Shown here piece after piece: positions 50,334 through 63,138 of a DNA stretch of 64,000 nucleotides. The stretch lies in the NCBI RefSeq assembly GCF_964204645.1, contig NC_134027.1, positions 19,864,560-19,928,559 of the forward strand. The letters run 5' to 3'. The notes beneath the pieces were generated by a model. It was given only the letters and a program-made list of their open reading frames with translations. It was not told the origin of the DNA and did not search any database. Numbering within the stretch: position 1 is the first letter of the stretch; the number at the start of each line of letters is the position of its first letter. The DNA is from Tubulanus polymorphus (Eukaryota > Animalia > Nemertea). Made by a program: the position numbers and the translations under genes.

Positions 50334-52669
50334 TGACGGTCATCCTTATTACCGAGATGAAGTATTTTACCGAGATGAACCGAGATCAACCGAGATGAAA
50401 TGAAATATAACATATTTATATATTCCTAATCGATTTTAACAATTGAAATCATATTATATTAGTAATAAATGCCTGCTGGAGTCATATTTTACATATTTTG
50501 TTGGATATTTTTGTAGAAAAATAACTTAACTTTACCGAGATGAGATCGTCGATCAATCAAATTCAATGAAATTTTATTGCTAACCGAGTTTACGTATTTG
50601 AAGCCAAAGTCAATTCAGTACATTGCCATTGGCTAATTTTAAGATATCTTCAGAAACAGCGTTTTAGCTTAGATAGTTTTACAGGTACTATTTATAGTGC
50701 TTAGTTCGATGGGAGTCCCTATTATGACATCATCGCTTTTCTGCTGGCATACATTTGTATATTTGCGCCGAAAAATTAATCTCATTGATCCATTCCAGGC
50801 TTCAAGAAAGAATTAAATATAAATGTACGGGTTTCCGATGGCAAATGTATTTGAATTCTGTTCTTTCTGTATACCTGTATTCTATGTAATAAATATATAC
50901 ATACATGTATCCCAAATTGTTTCGAAAATGTTTGTTTTATTTTGAAATGAATCTAGATACAGCTGTATTGATTTTGAGTGTTGTAACGTCATCGGCCACC
51001 AATTCATTCAATCACTACCCATCACAAGTCCAATTAGCTGGGAGGCATCATAATTACCTTCAATTAACCAACATCATATGCAGTCCAATATATCCCTCAA
51101 CCATTCTATGCTTTATTAGGCAAGATAAGACCATGGGCAAAACTTAAAACTAGATTTTTGATACACTAGTTTATACATCCATGATTGATTTGTCTTATGA
51201 GAACGATAATTATAATAACAATTTTATTTTTATTTTTAACATATAATATTTACACATCCGTTCACCTCAGCAAATTAATTATTTTATTCCGAAAAAAAGT
51301 ACCGTGTAGACACTAGGGAAAACGTCTAAGCGGGTGGGGGAATCCTCATTTATAACAAGTGGACTGCCAATAATGGCTTAATAGTTTATGATTATAAAAC
51401 TAGCTACGCCAAAAACGGCGGAATACGCCAGAAATGGCGAATGTTTTTATGTGTACCCATGGCAACGTTTAATTGAAAACTTTATAATAGTTTTTAAAAC
51501 TAGTTCCCAAATTTATTAAATTAACAAAAATCATGATTAATGAACTTGTTTCATGCTGTAGTAGTTTTGAGAGTTTTCCCGGAGTTTTTGGGCTGCATAT
51601 GACGTAATCATTTAGAAAAACGTGAATTTGACCACTTTACCTAGCTCAAAAATTTCCATCCTAGTGTCATATGAAAGCTTATCGTCTGCTCGATATTATG
51701 ACATAATCGGCAACATGCGCTAATTTGATCGGAAGTGCGCAAAAAACTTTAAAGCAAAACTCAAAACTTAGTGAGCTGAAACTGGCTGATTAAGCCATAA
51801 ACGGCTGTAAAAGTTTCAAAACTGAGTGATCCATAAACGGCTGATTCTGCCGTTATTGGCGGAAAATTCGCGTTTTCAAAGCTGGAAGATCGTATGGATT
51901 AACGAAACAACCGCAATATCCAGAAAGTATAGAATGTTTTGCGCATTTGAAGCCCTCGATCATCAAAATCGGTGAAGGATTTCGTGTCGAACTCAACGTT
52001 TTAAATTTCGAAATCGGCAAAAACCGGCGTCATTGCATTTTCAGTCCAGGCGATTTCGGCCCTAATTTCGCATTCAAAGACATATAATTCACGAACTATT
52101 CATCGGAAATTGACGGGATTAGTTTCGTTAGAAGCAGGAAGGTATTAGCTTTCATATCATGCCTGGATTATCAAAATCGGATGAAAAATAACAAAAAAGT
52201 AAGCGACTGAAGTTGAGTAGTTTGTGAGCGTCGTTAGCCCCCTTGTTATTTTATATATACTATATACATTGGATTAACACATTATCGTTTTTACATTACC
52301 TACAACTCTGATACGAGCCCCTGTGGAATAAGCCGTTTTTGGAAAGTGTTCCTGACGGGTCATACTAAACACCATAAGACACCATCAGGAACCGTCAGAC
52401 ACCGTCAGGAAGACCGTCAGACACCGTCATGAACTCACGGGTTATACTAAACGTGACTGATTAATAAATTGCAAACTGGGTCTGTTCCATATTCCATGTT
52501 TTCGTTCCTACGCAGATAGAGAAACGTGTTCCTTTAAACTGGACTAATAATAATTGCGAAAGTACCGTGTAGATTGTATGGTTTGTTGGGGTTTTCTCTA
52601 ATATCTCACATAGAAATCATCGTTTGAAGTGAAAAAAACGACCATTTTGCTGTCCACCATAGAATCGGT

Positions 52670-53289
52670 GGCGCTATTGCACTTTCGTACCCCCCTCCCA
52701 AAAGTTTTTATTTCAGCATATTTATTATCAGGGAGGTCTGTAGAGTCAAAATAAATTACTTTTGACCAAAAAGAATAATTTTTTCCAAGCCAAAATTCTG
52801 ATAATTTGGGGCCGATTTCCTCGATTCAAACCGACGGGTCGGCCATGTTTCCGCACTAATTACCACCTAAAAACATCTGAATAAATATATCTCAATAAAT
52901 GGAATTGAATTGACATAATTTCGTTTTTGGGTACATAACTTTTCTTCATCAGGACATCTTTAAATCAATAGCTTAGTATGAAAATAATGCAATCATACGC
53001 GTTATTTTCAGAGATGGTTATGTTTGAAAACATGGTTTTTGCAAAGTTTTTATGTCATGACATTTCAGTGGAGGGTTAGCAACTTTGATTGACATCCAAT
53101 ATGGCGTTGTTGACGTCGCGAATCGGCGAATTTACACGCGATTTAGGGCCCAAAATAACAAAATTTTAACCTAGAAAAAGTAAGTTTTTTGGGTCAAAAG
53201 TTACTGATTTTGAATCTCTAGACCTCCCTGATAATAAATATGCTGGAATAAATATTTTTGGGAGGGGGGTACGAAAGTGCAATAGCGCC
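52670..53289. mobile_element. MITE with about 105-bp TIRs and 8-bp TSD (Merlin-like)
   Basis: GAATCGGT|GGCGCTATTGCACTTTCGTACCCC ... GGGGTACGAAAGTGCAATAGCGCC|GAATCGGT. Confidence 0.85.
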
Positions 53290-54401
53290 GAATCGGTAGA
53301 CCTCCATTTTGAGCTATCTCTCGTCAAAAAAAGGTGATTTCGTAGTGAGATAATTGTCGGAGAGTGGTGGTTAAAGGCTCGTTCGAAGCAGAAAGTCTTC
53401 TAGGTTGTATTAAAGCTTATTTCATGTGAATCGGTTGAGAATTTTTGGAATTACAGTCGATTGAAGTGGAGAAGTCATTGTCAGATTGAAAATTTGTTGC
53501 CACCCTTGTTATTTTATTATACAGTTGCAGGGATACTGGTACCCCCATCATCATTGGTCTCATCCATTATCAATCGTGACAAGTGCCTGTGACTGGGGCC
53601 AACATTTTTGTGAATCAGAGCAATCATAAATGGACACGTACCTGTTCTGAGCGAGCGCTAAAGACGGTGGCTGACTAAAATTAAAAACTAATAATCGGGC
53701 AAAAGGTTGAAAGCCTGTTTTGGTCGATGGCGAGTGACGTCACTAGTACAAATTCCGAGCGGTTCGAATCCCACAATACGCCAAAATCACTACGGCCGCT
53801 CTGAGCGCACATCGCATTTCAACGTTGCCGTTCAATAATTGTAAAATAACTAATAATAGTTTAAGTTTTATAAGGGTTAGAAGTACATTGTATTTACTGC
53901 TAGTGTATGTATATATCATGTACGGTTGCGAGAAATCCCTGCCCTGGTTAAACAGTAAGTCCACTAAATCTTTAAATTTTAAGTTGTTTAATGAAACTAT
54001 TATTGTTTTAAATTGTTAAAACTGCAAACTATGGTTGTCGAAGATGCACCTTCTTCACATCCTTTGAAATCCTGGATAGCATCGCTATCGGCAAAGACCT
54101 TCAGGTCTGTCTTCAACGGCACATCGCTTTGGAACAAGCGACTACTGTGTTATCAAATCTGAACTAGGTAAAAAAATGTTCCCCAAAAATAAAGACAAGT
54201 AAACGGATTAATTTGAGGTTTGAATGTTTTTGTTTATTTGTTGGTTCAAATCGAACCCTCGTCATCCTGATCTCCATAAATCTAAGAAAAGTATTCGCAC
54301 ACTTAAAACAATAAAATACGAGCAATAAGCAATAACATCAGACTGGAGTAAGTAACTTTACTTAATTCACAGATACAATCCTACACAAAACAATAGCTAT
54401 T

Positions 54402-54642
54402 CAGTGGCGGATCCACCCCTCTATTTTTACCGATGTAGCCGCAAATCTATGCGTTACTGAGTAAAAACCGAATGAAATCTTTCTATTAAGTAATGCTCAG
54501 AATGCACCTGCTTGCATCTATTTTTCCAAAAAATTTTTAGGGAGGGTCTTCGCGTTATCGGTGCTTGCTCTGGAATGGCTTACAGCCATCTGTTGTTGCT
54601 TTCATTTGCCCCCCCCCCTTCAAAATGCTGGATCCGCCCCTG
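54402..54642. mobile_element. CAG(T/G)GGCGGATCC-ended MITE nested in the MULE
   Basis: CAGTGGCGGATCCA ... TGGATCCGCCCCTG; TSD not evident. Confidence 0.55.
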
Positions 54643-54769
54643 AGTGCAGACAAAATGATCGACAAAGACATACAGAACTCTAAAACAACAGTTAACAATT
54701 TAAGCAACGATAGACAAAACAGATAGCTGATTACTTTACAAACCTGTTGTCAGAACCTTAATTATTTTT

Positions 54770-55810
54770 ACATGTACATACAGAGGACTGTTAACAATTC
54801 AACCAATGAAATTGCGATAGAGATACAGAACATACAGCTTTAACAGTAAACAATGCAACCAATGAATTGCGATTAACTAAGACCTACGAGCAATTATCAA
54901 GTTTGATAATTGCTCGTAGCTAAGACATACAGGACAAACAGGACTAACTTAATTGCGATAGACATACAGGACATACAGGATTAACAGTAGACAATTCAAC
55001 CAACGAATTGCGATTAACTAAGACATACAGGACTAAACCACAGGACATACAGGACTAACAGTAGACAATTCAACAACCAATGAATTGCGATTAACTAAGA
55101 CATACAGGACATACAGGACTAACTTAATTGCGATAGACATACAGGACTAACAGTAAACAATGCAACCAATGAATTGCGATTAAGTAAGACATACAGGACA
55201 TACAGGACTAACAGTAGACAATTCAACAACCAATGAATTGCGATTAACTAAGACATACAGGACATACAGGACTAACTTAATTGCGATAGACATACAGGAC
55301 TAACAGTAAACAATGCAACCAATGAATTGCGATCGCGATCACAAAGACATACAGGACAAAACCACAGGACATACAGGACTAACAGTAGACAATTCAACCA
55401 ATGAATTGCGATTAACTAAGACATACAGGACTAAACCACAGGACATACAGGACTAACTTAATTGCGATAGACATACAGAATATACAGGACTAACAGTAAA
55501 CAATGCAACCAATGAATTGCGATTAACTAAGACATACAGGACATACAGGACTAACAGTAGACAATGCAATCAATGAATTGCGATTAACTAAGACATACAG
55601 GACATACAGGACTAACAGCAGACAATTCAACCAATGAATTGCGATTAACTAAGACATACAGGACATACAGGACTAACTTAATTGCGATAGACATACAGGA
55701 TTAACAGTAAACAATGCAACCAATGAATTGCGATTGCGATCACAAAGACATACAGGACAAACAGGAATAAACCACAGTAAATTGCGATAAAAAAGACATA
55801 CAGGACTAAC
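54770..55810. repeat. Complex minisatellite inside the MULE
   Basis: Shuffled modules GACATACAG, GACTAACAGTA(G/A)ACAAT(T/G)CAACCAATGAATTGCGAT and TAACTAA. Confidence 0.9.
54877..54926. repeat. Second P-type excision footprint
   Basis: CTAAGAC [CTACGAGCAATTATCAA gt TTGATAATTGCTCGTAG] CTAAGAC: two 17-nt arms with a 7-bp TSD. Confidence 0.8.
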
Positions 55811-56556
55811 TGCAGTAAATATATAGGGCCTTAGGAATGCAAAATACATTCATTTTGTCGAATTTAAACATTCCACAACTTATTTCATTATGTCATTTCC
55901 AGTTTTCAAAGGGAATTTTCTTAACTTCAGATGCCTCGAGGACATAAACATATAGAAAGATCTGTCCCAAAAAAATGTCAAGTGTCTTTCATAGTGCAAT
56001 GGGCCCTGGTTTCCACGTTTATATATCACATATAAAATTCTACAGAAACAATCAATGAATAAGTGAAAATTTACGAATAACAAACAAGACATTCAAGCAG
56101 TTGAGTAAGTTAAAATGGGACCAATCTATATATATTATATATGGATTATACAAGGACAGCCTTGAACCGAGGTTGATGTGTCCATACACTCTCTGAACAT
56201 GCATGTATGTATACTGCTGCCAATTGATGATAAGTCAAGGATGTTGAAGTTCTAGACATGGTCAGAATCATCCAGAGACATCGGCACGCATCACAATAAC
56301 TGATGATTTTGCAGTAACCTGTAACATAAAAAATCAAGCGGTAATCTATTCACAAAATATATTTTCCTGAAAGAAAAAACCTGAAATAGAGCACTATAAA
56401 CACCAGTGCATATACATCGCTTCTTAACCTTATATGTAATCGAGTAAATATATAGGTGACTAAGTGACGGCTTCTACGTTCACCATGGGAAATGAAAATA
56501 TTTCTAACGTCAGGGATTCATTCGAAACCCGATCAATAATATTCAATACAAACTAT

Positions 56557-59500
56557 TTAGGAAATCGGGTCACAATGAAAACAAAACCACCTGATATGTT
56601 CAGGAGGAGCCTCATTGATTGGAGCACATTTCCAATGATACCATCTATGGCAATTATCACATTCAATTGAGAATGTGGACTTTTTCTTAGGATTAGCATT
56701 GCAGTTTTTGTGGCAGACAGGGCAGGTTTCAGCAACTAACTGAGGAGGGGTTTTTTCAACTTTTGATGGCAAAAGATTATCTAGTTTCAATTTTGCTAGG
56801 TTTTGGAGGCCTGCATTTCCAGGTTGATCTATAAGAATTTCTAATTCTTTTTCAGTATTGGAATTATTGATTTCTGTAATAGGAGAACTGTTGAGATAAT
56901 CATCTCTATTATTATAATCGATTACAATAGATTTTTTCTTATGATGATTATGTTCAATACGAATGTGCTTTTGAAGGAATGTTTCACTTGCATATGAATT
57001 AATAACCCCATCTGCCCAACAAATAGCACATGAGATAGGTTTCAAAGATGAATGAGAAGTGGATATGTGCCTATCTAGTTCCCTGCGACATGAACAAAGA
57101 TATGGAGGATTTATTTTGTCTTTAATACAAAAGGAACAGACAATACTTTTTTCAAATAAAACAGACTTCGAGTCATTTTTAACAACTGGTTATGACTTAA
57201 TATCTTTTGGTTTGGTATCTTTTGATTTTTTCGGTAAGGATGATTTATTCTGACTTAAAATATCTGCTGAAAATTCGATATCATTGCCAGGATCTGGATC
57301 AGTGGAGTCTATGGTTTCAATTTCTGATATTTTAGCTTTTTTAACCTAGTTTCATAGCAGCATTTTCAACCATAGCAGAAAAGGATACACCTCTGTTAGC
57401 AGGTCTAATTATCTTTCGCCCTCCGTGTCTTGCATTCTCAGCATCTTTAGGCATTGTAACCTTAGGGCAGTAAGGGTCTATCACTTCAAGTTCAGGAAGG
57501 TTTATGGCAACCTGATTGTCCTTGATTGGACCCTCAGCACGCCTATGAGCCATATTGTGAGGTTGTCGTTTGGCAGGTCGTCCGCTTATTAACTTAATTC
57601 CACAGTGGCTTTCATTATGTAAAATACTTAGAATGTGCCCTTTCCGAGCAGCATTGATATCATTCGAGCTAGCAATGTGGGAATGATCTTTTAACTTATC
57701 AATGAGGGTAGATGAAACAGAACTATTTTGTCGAGTAAAATTGTAAGTTGGCAGAGGCTCCACAATGTGGAATTTATATGCATCAATTAAAGCCTTCGTT
57801 GTGGTTATATTGTTTTTTTGGGCAAAACAGGCAAAAAGATGTTTGCAAAAATATGGTTGTCCAATCATTATAAAAGCTTCACAAGTACATATACCTAGTT
57901 TCAAATTGATTAAATGGCAATTACCATCTACGTATGAAAGACAATTTTCAGGAACGATTGTAATAACGTAATTGAATAAGATACGACTGGATATTGAATC
58001 TAAATTTCCTATGTACCTTCGGCATTTTTTTGAAATGTCATATGAATGTTCCTCGGATATTGATACTTTATCGGGGAATCTTTCTTCTAAAACATCAAGC
58101 TGATTGAATGTATATTGAGTATCACCATTGAAAAATTCTACGTACATTTCATCTTCATCTTTCAATAGCAGTAGTTCCATTATCCTGTTATTTATGAACT
58201 GATTTCCCTTACGGCTGGGGTGTAACAAGTCAGTCCTAGATCACAAAATTTAGAAAAAAACAAGTTAGTTTAAATCGCGAAAAAATGCACATAACCTACT
58301 GGGCTTATTAAAATTAAACGATTACTTACGGTGAAAGGAGATCTCTTGAGAAGTGAAAATCAACGAACTTTACACCAAGTGTAAAGCATTCGCGGTGCAG
58401 CATTTCATTGTAATGAAATATCTTTGTGTCAGCATCGAAACTTTAAAAAAGAAAGAAATTTAAAAATCATAACATCGATCATAAATATAGTATTTCAAGA
58501 AAAATCTATTCTTGATACTTACTCATCACATCGAGGAAAAAGAGCTGGTACAATGATGGTCCCAGTACATTTATAGAGCAACAATCGAATTAATTCAACG
58601 TGTCTTCGCAGAACAATCTCAAGCGGGACATCACGCGTCATATTATTTGTTCCAACATGGACGATTAGTTGTTCCACATTCAGCATCTTCACTTTTTCAA
58701 TTCTGTAATATACAACTAATCAGTAACCCAATGAAAATGAACAATATAAATCAGTACTGAACCGAGAAATTACCTTCCATCAATGTTTCAATGGTTCCTC
58801 CGGGGCACACGATCCTTGTCCATTCAAATAAGCCTACACCATCTAGCCCAGCATACTTTAAAATGCTGTCTGCTACGAGACCAATACGCTACAAAAAAGA
58901 TTATTTGTCAGTCTCAGGCCAATATCACAGGGAGGTGTGAGAGAGCACACTGGTTACTGTAAGACCCTACTATATGCAAAAGAAGTGACACATATATGTA
59001 TATCAATGTGATAGAATTGATTGAAAAAATTGTGCATAATAGTAGCTAGTGCCCAAAAATAGAACACAGTGTTATTGAAGTGAAAATTTCTAAAATCCTC
59101 TGAAGCGGTGCTTATTTGGTAGCTACATGGGTATTCTAATTGAATAAGCATAAAGATAAGCGTGCACACACAGTAGCCTATGCATAAACAAGGGCCAGTT
59201 TCACCTTCACCTAAAAGTCCTGCGGTGTAAAGACTAACTTGTTCACCTAAACCACCTCTACCAGGCTGTGGAAGGCCTAACATCAGGCACTAAATTAAAA
59301 GATTCCTCTAAATCAAATTATCTATAAACATCCTCTTAATTGCTGGCAGACTGATTCAGGGAGGGGTGCAGCCCAAAATAGGGCATAGGTATCAGTATCA
59401 TATATAATTAAAAATCAAAAGGGCACCAGATCATCAGAAAACATAATACCTATATTTTGGAAGTAGGCCTACAGAGAACATGTTTTGGAATATAAGCTTT

Positions 59501-60399
59501 TTAAAAATACTTGTTGATATTTTTAATTTTCCCTTTAAATTTCAGTGCAACTTAAAAGTTTTAAGGGGTGTACACCCCTGTATACTCTCCTGATCTGCCC
59601 CTGAATTGCCACTTAACAAAATTTCTCAGCTTAATTGTTGGCTAACTAGCTCAGTGAAACTGGGACCAGACCTAATGCATACACCCTCAGTGGCCAGGGC
59701 CAGGATTAAACAGTTAGGCTACGTATATAAATAAAGGAATGAAAAGTACTTATCCTGAAATTGGTTAGGCTATCTATCTGCAACAAGAAATACATTTTCA
59801 TTGACTCTGAATACAGGGAACTACCATTCTTCTGTTTCGATGCCTTAAAATTTATTGTTTATTTTTTGTTGCTGGATTTGGAATGGTTGTTGGAATATTT
59901 AAGGCCTAGTAGGTGGTGACTGTGTACGGGCAACATAGGCCTATACCCAGTGGCATGGCAATGGCATGCCACTGGGTACCCACTACTGCACTATAGTATA
60001 CTGCCTACGGCTACTGCGACTGGTGGTTCGGTTGGCAGAAATTACTTGTTAACATGGGGGGGGGGGAGGGGGGAAGTAAGCGTGGATGAAGACAAATTAA
60101 TTTAGCCGAGTAAGTAGCAAGTAAAGTAGTGGCAGTACAGTAGGCCTAGCGACAATGTGAGTGTGGTGGTAACGTGGCCGTGGTGGCAATAACAAGACTC
60201 CAAAACTGGCAAAAGCCAAAATTAAAAAGCCCTGCCGCCGCGCGGTCGCGACGCCTCGCCTGCACCACCGTGCACGATGCTCGCGGCGTTCACCAGTGTT
60301 ACCCAGTGAGTTTTTTATAATCTTGCAATCTACCTCTTTTTTCAAACCAATATACCCACCAACTGGTCCGGAGACAAGCTTAACACGTTCGGAAAACAT
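56557..60399 (-). pseudogene. Spliced MULE gene: SGNH hydrolase - SWIM - 2x C2H2 - PHD (decayed)
   Basis: Exons at about 60399-60303, 59843-59755, 58888-58774, 58702-58523, 58440-58330 and 58235-56557. Motifs LVADSIL, CPGGT, HVGTNN, TDLLHPSRKG; CTC...FCKHLFA; CSFC...HISTSH and CAIC...HIRIEH; CPVC...IECDNCHRWYHWKC...WFCFHC. Stops and frameshifts near 59770-59825, 58695, 57345 and 57192. Confidence 0.75.
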
Positions 60400-61798
60400 G
60401 ATTCACAATCTTTTAATCAACAGCCAGCAAGAATACACTTGACAGCAAATTCAAATTCAGCGGTTAACCGTCAAAAGTGAGTTGTTTAGCTGTGGGAGTA
60501 ACAAAAAGGCGATCTTGATGACGTCACTAGCCATCGACCAAAACAGGCTTTCAACCTTTTGCAATAATCGGAGAGCGAAACTAACTTCCGGGTTCCCCTT
60601 ATGGTGTAATGTACCGTGTCAAAACCACAAATTTCAATCTGAGGTCGATTCAATTAAAATCTAGTATATTTGATCGAAACGATCGTAAACATTCAAACCA
60701 GCTGATATACCAACGAATTGAGTTTTTTTGCGCAAAGATTTAGGAGCAAAAAACGACCTTAGTAACAAAATAACTGTATAAATCAGCGCTAGGCGCTAGT
60801 CAGTAACCTGACTGTGGTTTAGTTTCACGATCGGATATTTTCACAAACCACAGTCAGGAATGGGAAGGTCATTTTTGTATGAAATCTTCGTCAGCCAATT
60901 TGACTGACGAGTTATTTGCCTGGCATTTCATTGTCTCTTAAGATATCTGTCTCATTTTTGTTGTAATCGACGCACAACAGATTCGTAGTTTGTCTGATAC
61001 CTATAACACCTCACCTGACGATCTTAATCCATGTGCAAATCGGCCGTAAAGTGAGAGTAAATTTCCGTCCAGTCAACAGCTGCCATTTTGAAAATTACTG
61101 GAGGTGCTGGCACCTGTGGACTGAGGCCAGGACAACAGCACAAACTAACAAAGCGAAACGACGAAATTTAAAAAAATTAAAAAATCAACACTTATTCACA
61201 TTTTTCTTTTACCAGAAACTTATTATTTCATTATTTATTATGGAAAACACGAAGACTTGAAATAAAAGTTGGAAAACCATCAAAAATAAAAATTGTCGTT
61301 TCGTCTTGGAAGTTTTATATAAATCCTTGTAGGTCCCCTTGTCTTATCATGCCACATGTGCAATACAGAGAAATGGCGGCCAATGGCGAAATTTGTGGAG
61401 AAATTAATTAATTTCTCAAAATAATGTTGATTAATCACTCGAAACATACATAAAATTGGATTATTTCGAAAGGTACCTGTGTTAGTTTGTGAATTAAGCC
61501 ATTAATTGTGGACTGAAGTGAATAGAAAGTATATTTTTGAAGTGTTACTTTTTTCAACCGTGTTTTGGTCCTTGTCATCCCTAACGTTGGTATAAGCCCA
61601 TCCGATTATAAAAAGCTTACCACCAACGATTAGGTAACTAACTACGCTAGGCGCTAGCTAATAATAATATAAGGTATTCGAAGTCAAGAAGAAAGGCCGG
61701 GCCGGGCCTAAAGCCCTAGTCTAGTACTAGCCGTTGGTTCCTGAAACAGTTGTAGGGAACCGTAACAACGACTGGTATTCAGACTAGGCCGGGCCGTG

Positions 61799-63138
61799 TG
61801 TAACGCCTAACGGATTCCGTGGACACGGTAACCAAAATAGCTTCTCGGTCATATTTGGATTTCGCGGGTGACAAGCAACTCCTGCGCAGCTGTGCTTGCC
61901 CCGCCTCCGCCCCACTTGGGCCTCACACGGCCCGTATCCTCTCGGAGCGTCCCTAATCTCTTCGTGCCTCATTGGCGGCTACGTCCGGGTCCGCCCGTCC
62001 TCCTCTTGGAGGCGAGTAATTCAGCTGGAACCCTCTGCCGGTTAAAATATCGGTAGCGTGACTCCGGCCTCTCTTCAGCTAACCGGATTCCTCGTGCCCT
62101 TATTAAAAGCTATGACTCTGACTCTCTTCCTCACTCCAAACGTCCACGACAACTCGAACGGCATTCTTAATTTGAAATAGTAAATGTGTACATTGCAGAC
62201 GGATTAAATCCGGCGTTGTACCTCACGATAATTTCTAAATATACATTATTATTATATATATGATCACGGTCGTTCTACATCTTAACTATTTACACTAAGC
62301 TCCCGGTCAACGAATCCGCGGGTTCCGGGGACAACCACGTCCGCCGGGGACAACGTCGACCGCGGGCCGGACATCAATAAGCAACGAACCCGGGGACAAT
62401 GTCCGGGCGGCAAATAACCTATTTACAAGTTCTATCGCAAGGCGAGCATGCGCGGACGATGGTTCTTACATTTTGACTTAGCTGGAAAGCGTAACTGATA
62501 TCGACCTAGCGTTCTATTCTGGTGGCGCTTGAAGTAGCCCGGACAGTCTGAGTGAACGGTTTGTTCTTGCATCTCGCGCTCCGCGTGCCTTTTATAACCC
62601 GCGATTGTCCCCGCCGCGCTCTCATTGGCTGGAACAAAAGCCCAGGGACACGCGTGATTGGTTACGCGTGTCACGTGACTTCGAGGTTGGCTGAGTTCCA
62701 GCGAAAATGAACGGAGGCGGGCAACAGCACGCCAGCTGCAAAAGGTCACGGCGGACACGAGAAGATACGTTAAGAATAGTTAAAATATATATAAATATCA
62801 CAAAGGTAATAGTATAATATACATGAGCGACAAATGTTCTTAAGTAAAAACGAGTATGAAAGGGTTCGAACCCCGCACTCAGAAGATATACGTAATAATT
62901 ACAAATCCAATTCAACCAGAAGGGTTAAAATGAATCAACGCGGACCCAGAACAACCAGTCGCGAAACATCGACCAATGTACAAAACACGGACATTGATAA
63001 AATGATACAGCACGGTCTCGCCGAATAAATACAGCTAAAAGACATTAAGCAGGATAATATACAAAGATAGGAGCAGAGCGGTGAATTCCGGGAGAAGCTG
63101 ATTTTTAATGTACGGCGAAATCCGCTAGTTTCGCTACA
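61799..63138 (-). mobile_element. 3' LTR (1340 bp) of an LTR retrotransposon, probably Gypsy
   Basis: On the minus strand: PPT GGAAGGGGGTGA (63150-63139), then TGTAGCG...CGTTACA, with two CCAAT boxes and TATAAAA at 62596-62590. Confidence 0.8.

Larger units (their letters stand above)
53699..60562. mobile_element. Mutator-like element (MULE), 6864 bp
   Basis: 44-bp TIRs GCAAAAGGTTGAAAGCCTGTTTTGGTCGATGGC(G/T)AGTGACGTCA with one mismatch, a perfect 9-bp TSD AATAATCGG, and an internal SWIM-finger gene. Confidence 0.9.

Noticed and set aside
54770-55810. CRISPR-like array
   Set aside because: Units are shuffled repeats without unique spacers; a eukaryotic minisatellite with no cas genes.
59944-59978. 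Short palindrome TACCCAGTGGCATG...CATGCCACTGGGTA as another footprint
   Set aside because: Arms are shorter and there is no convincing TSD.
61799-62279. Short plus-strand LTR (TGTAACG...TTCTACA)
   Set aside because: No PBS or PPT in that orientation; the PPT, CCAAT and TATA support a longer minus-strand LTR to 63138.
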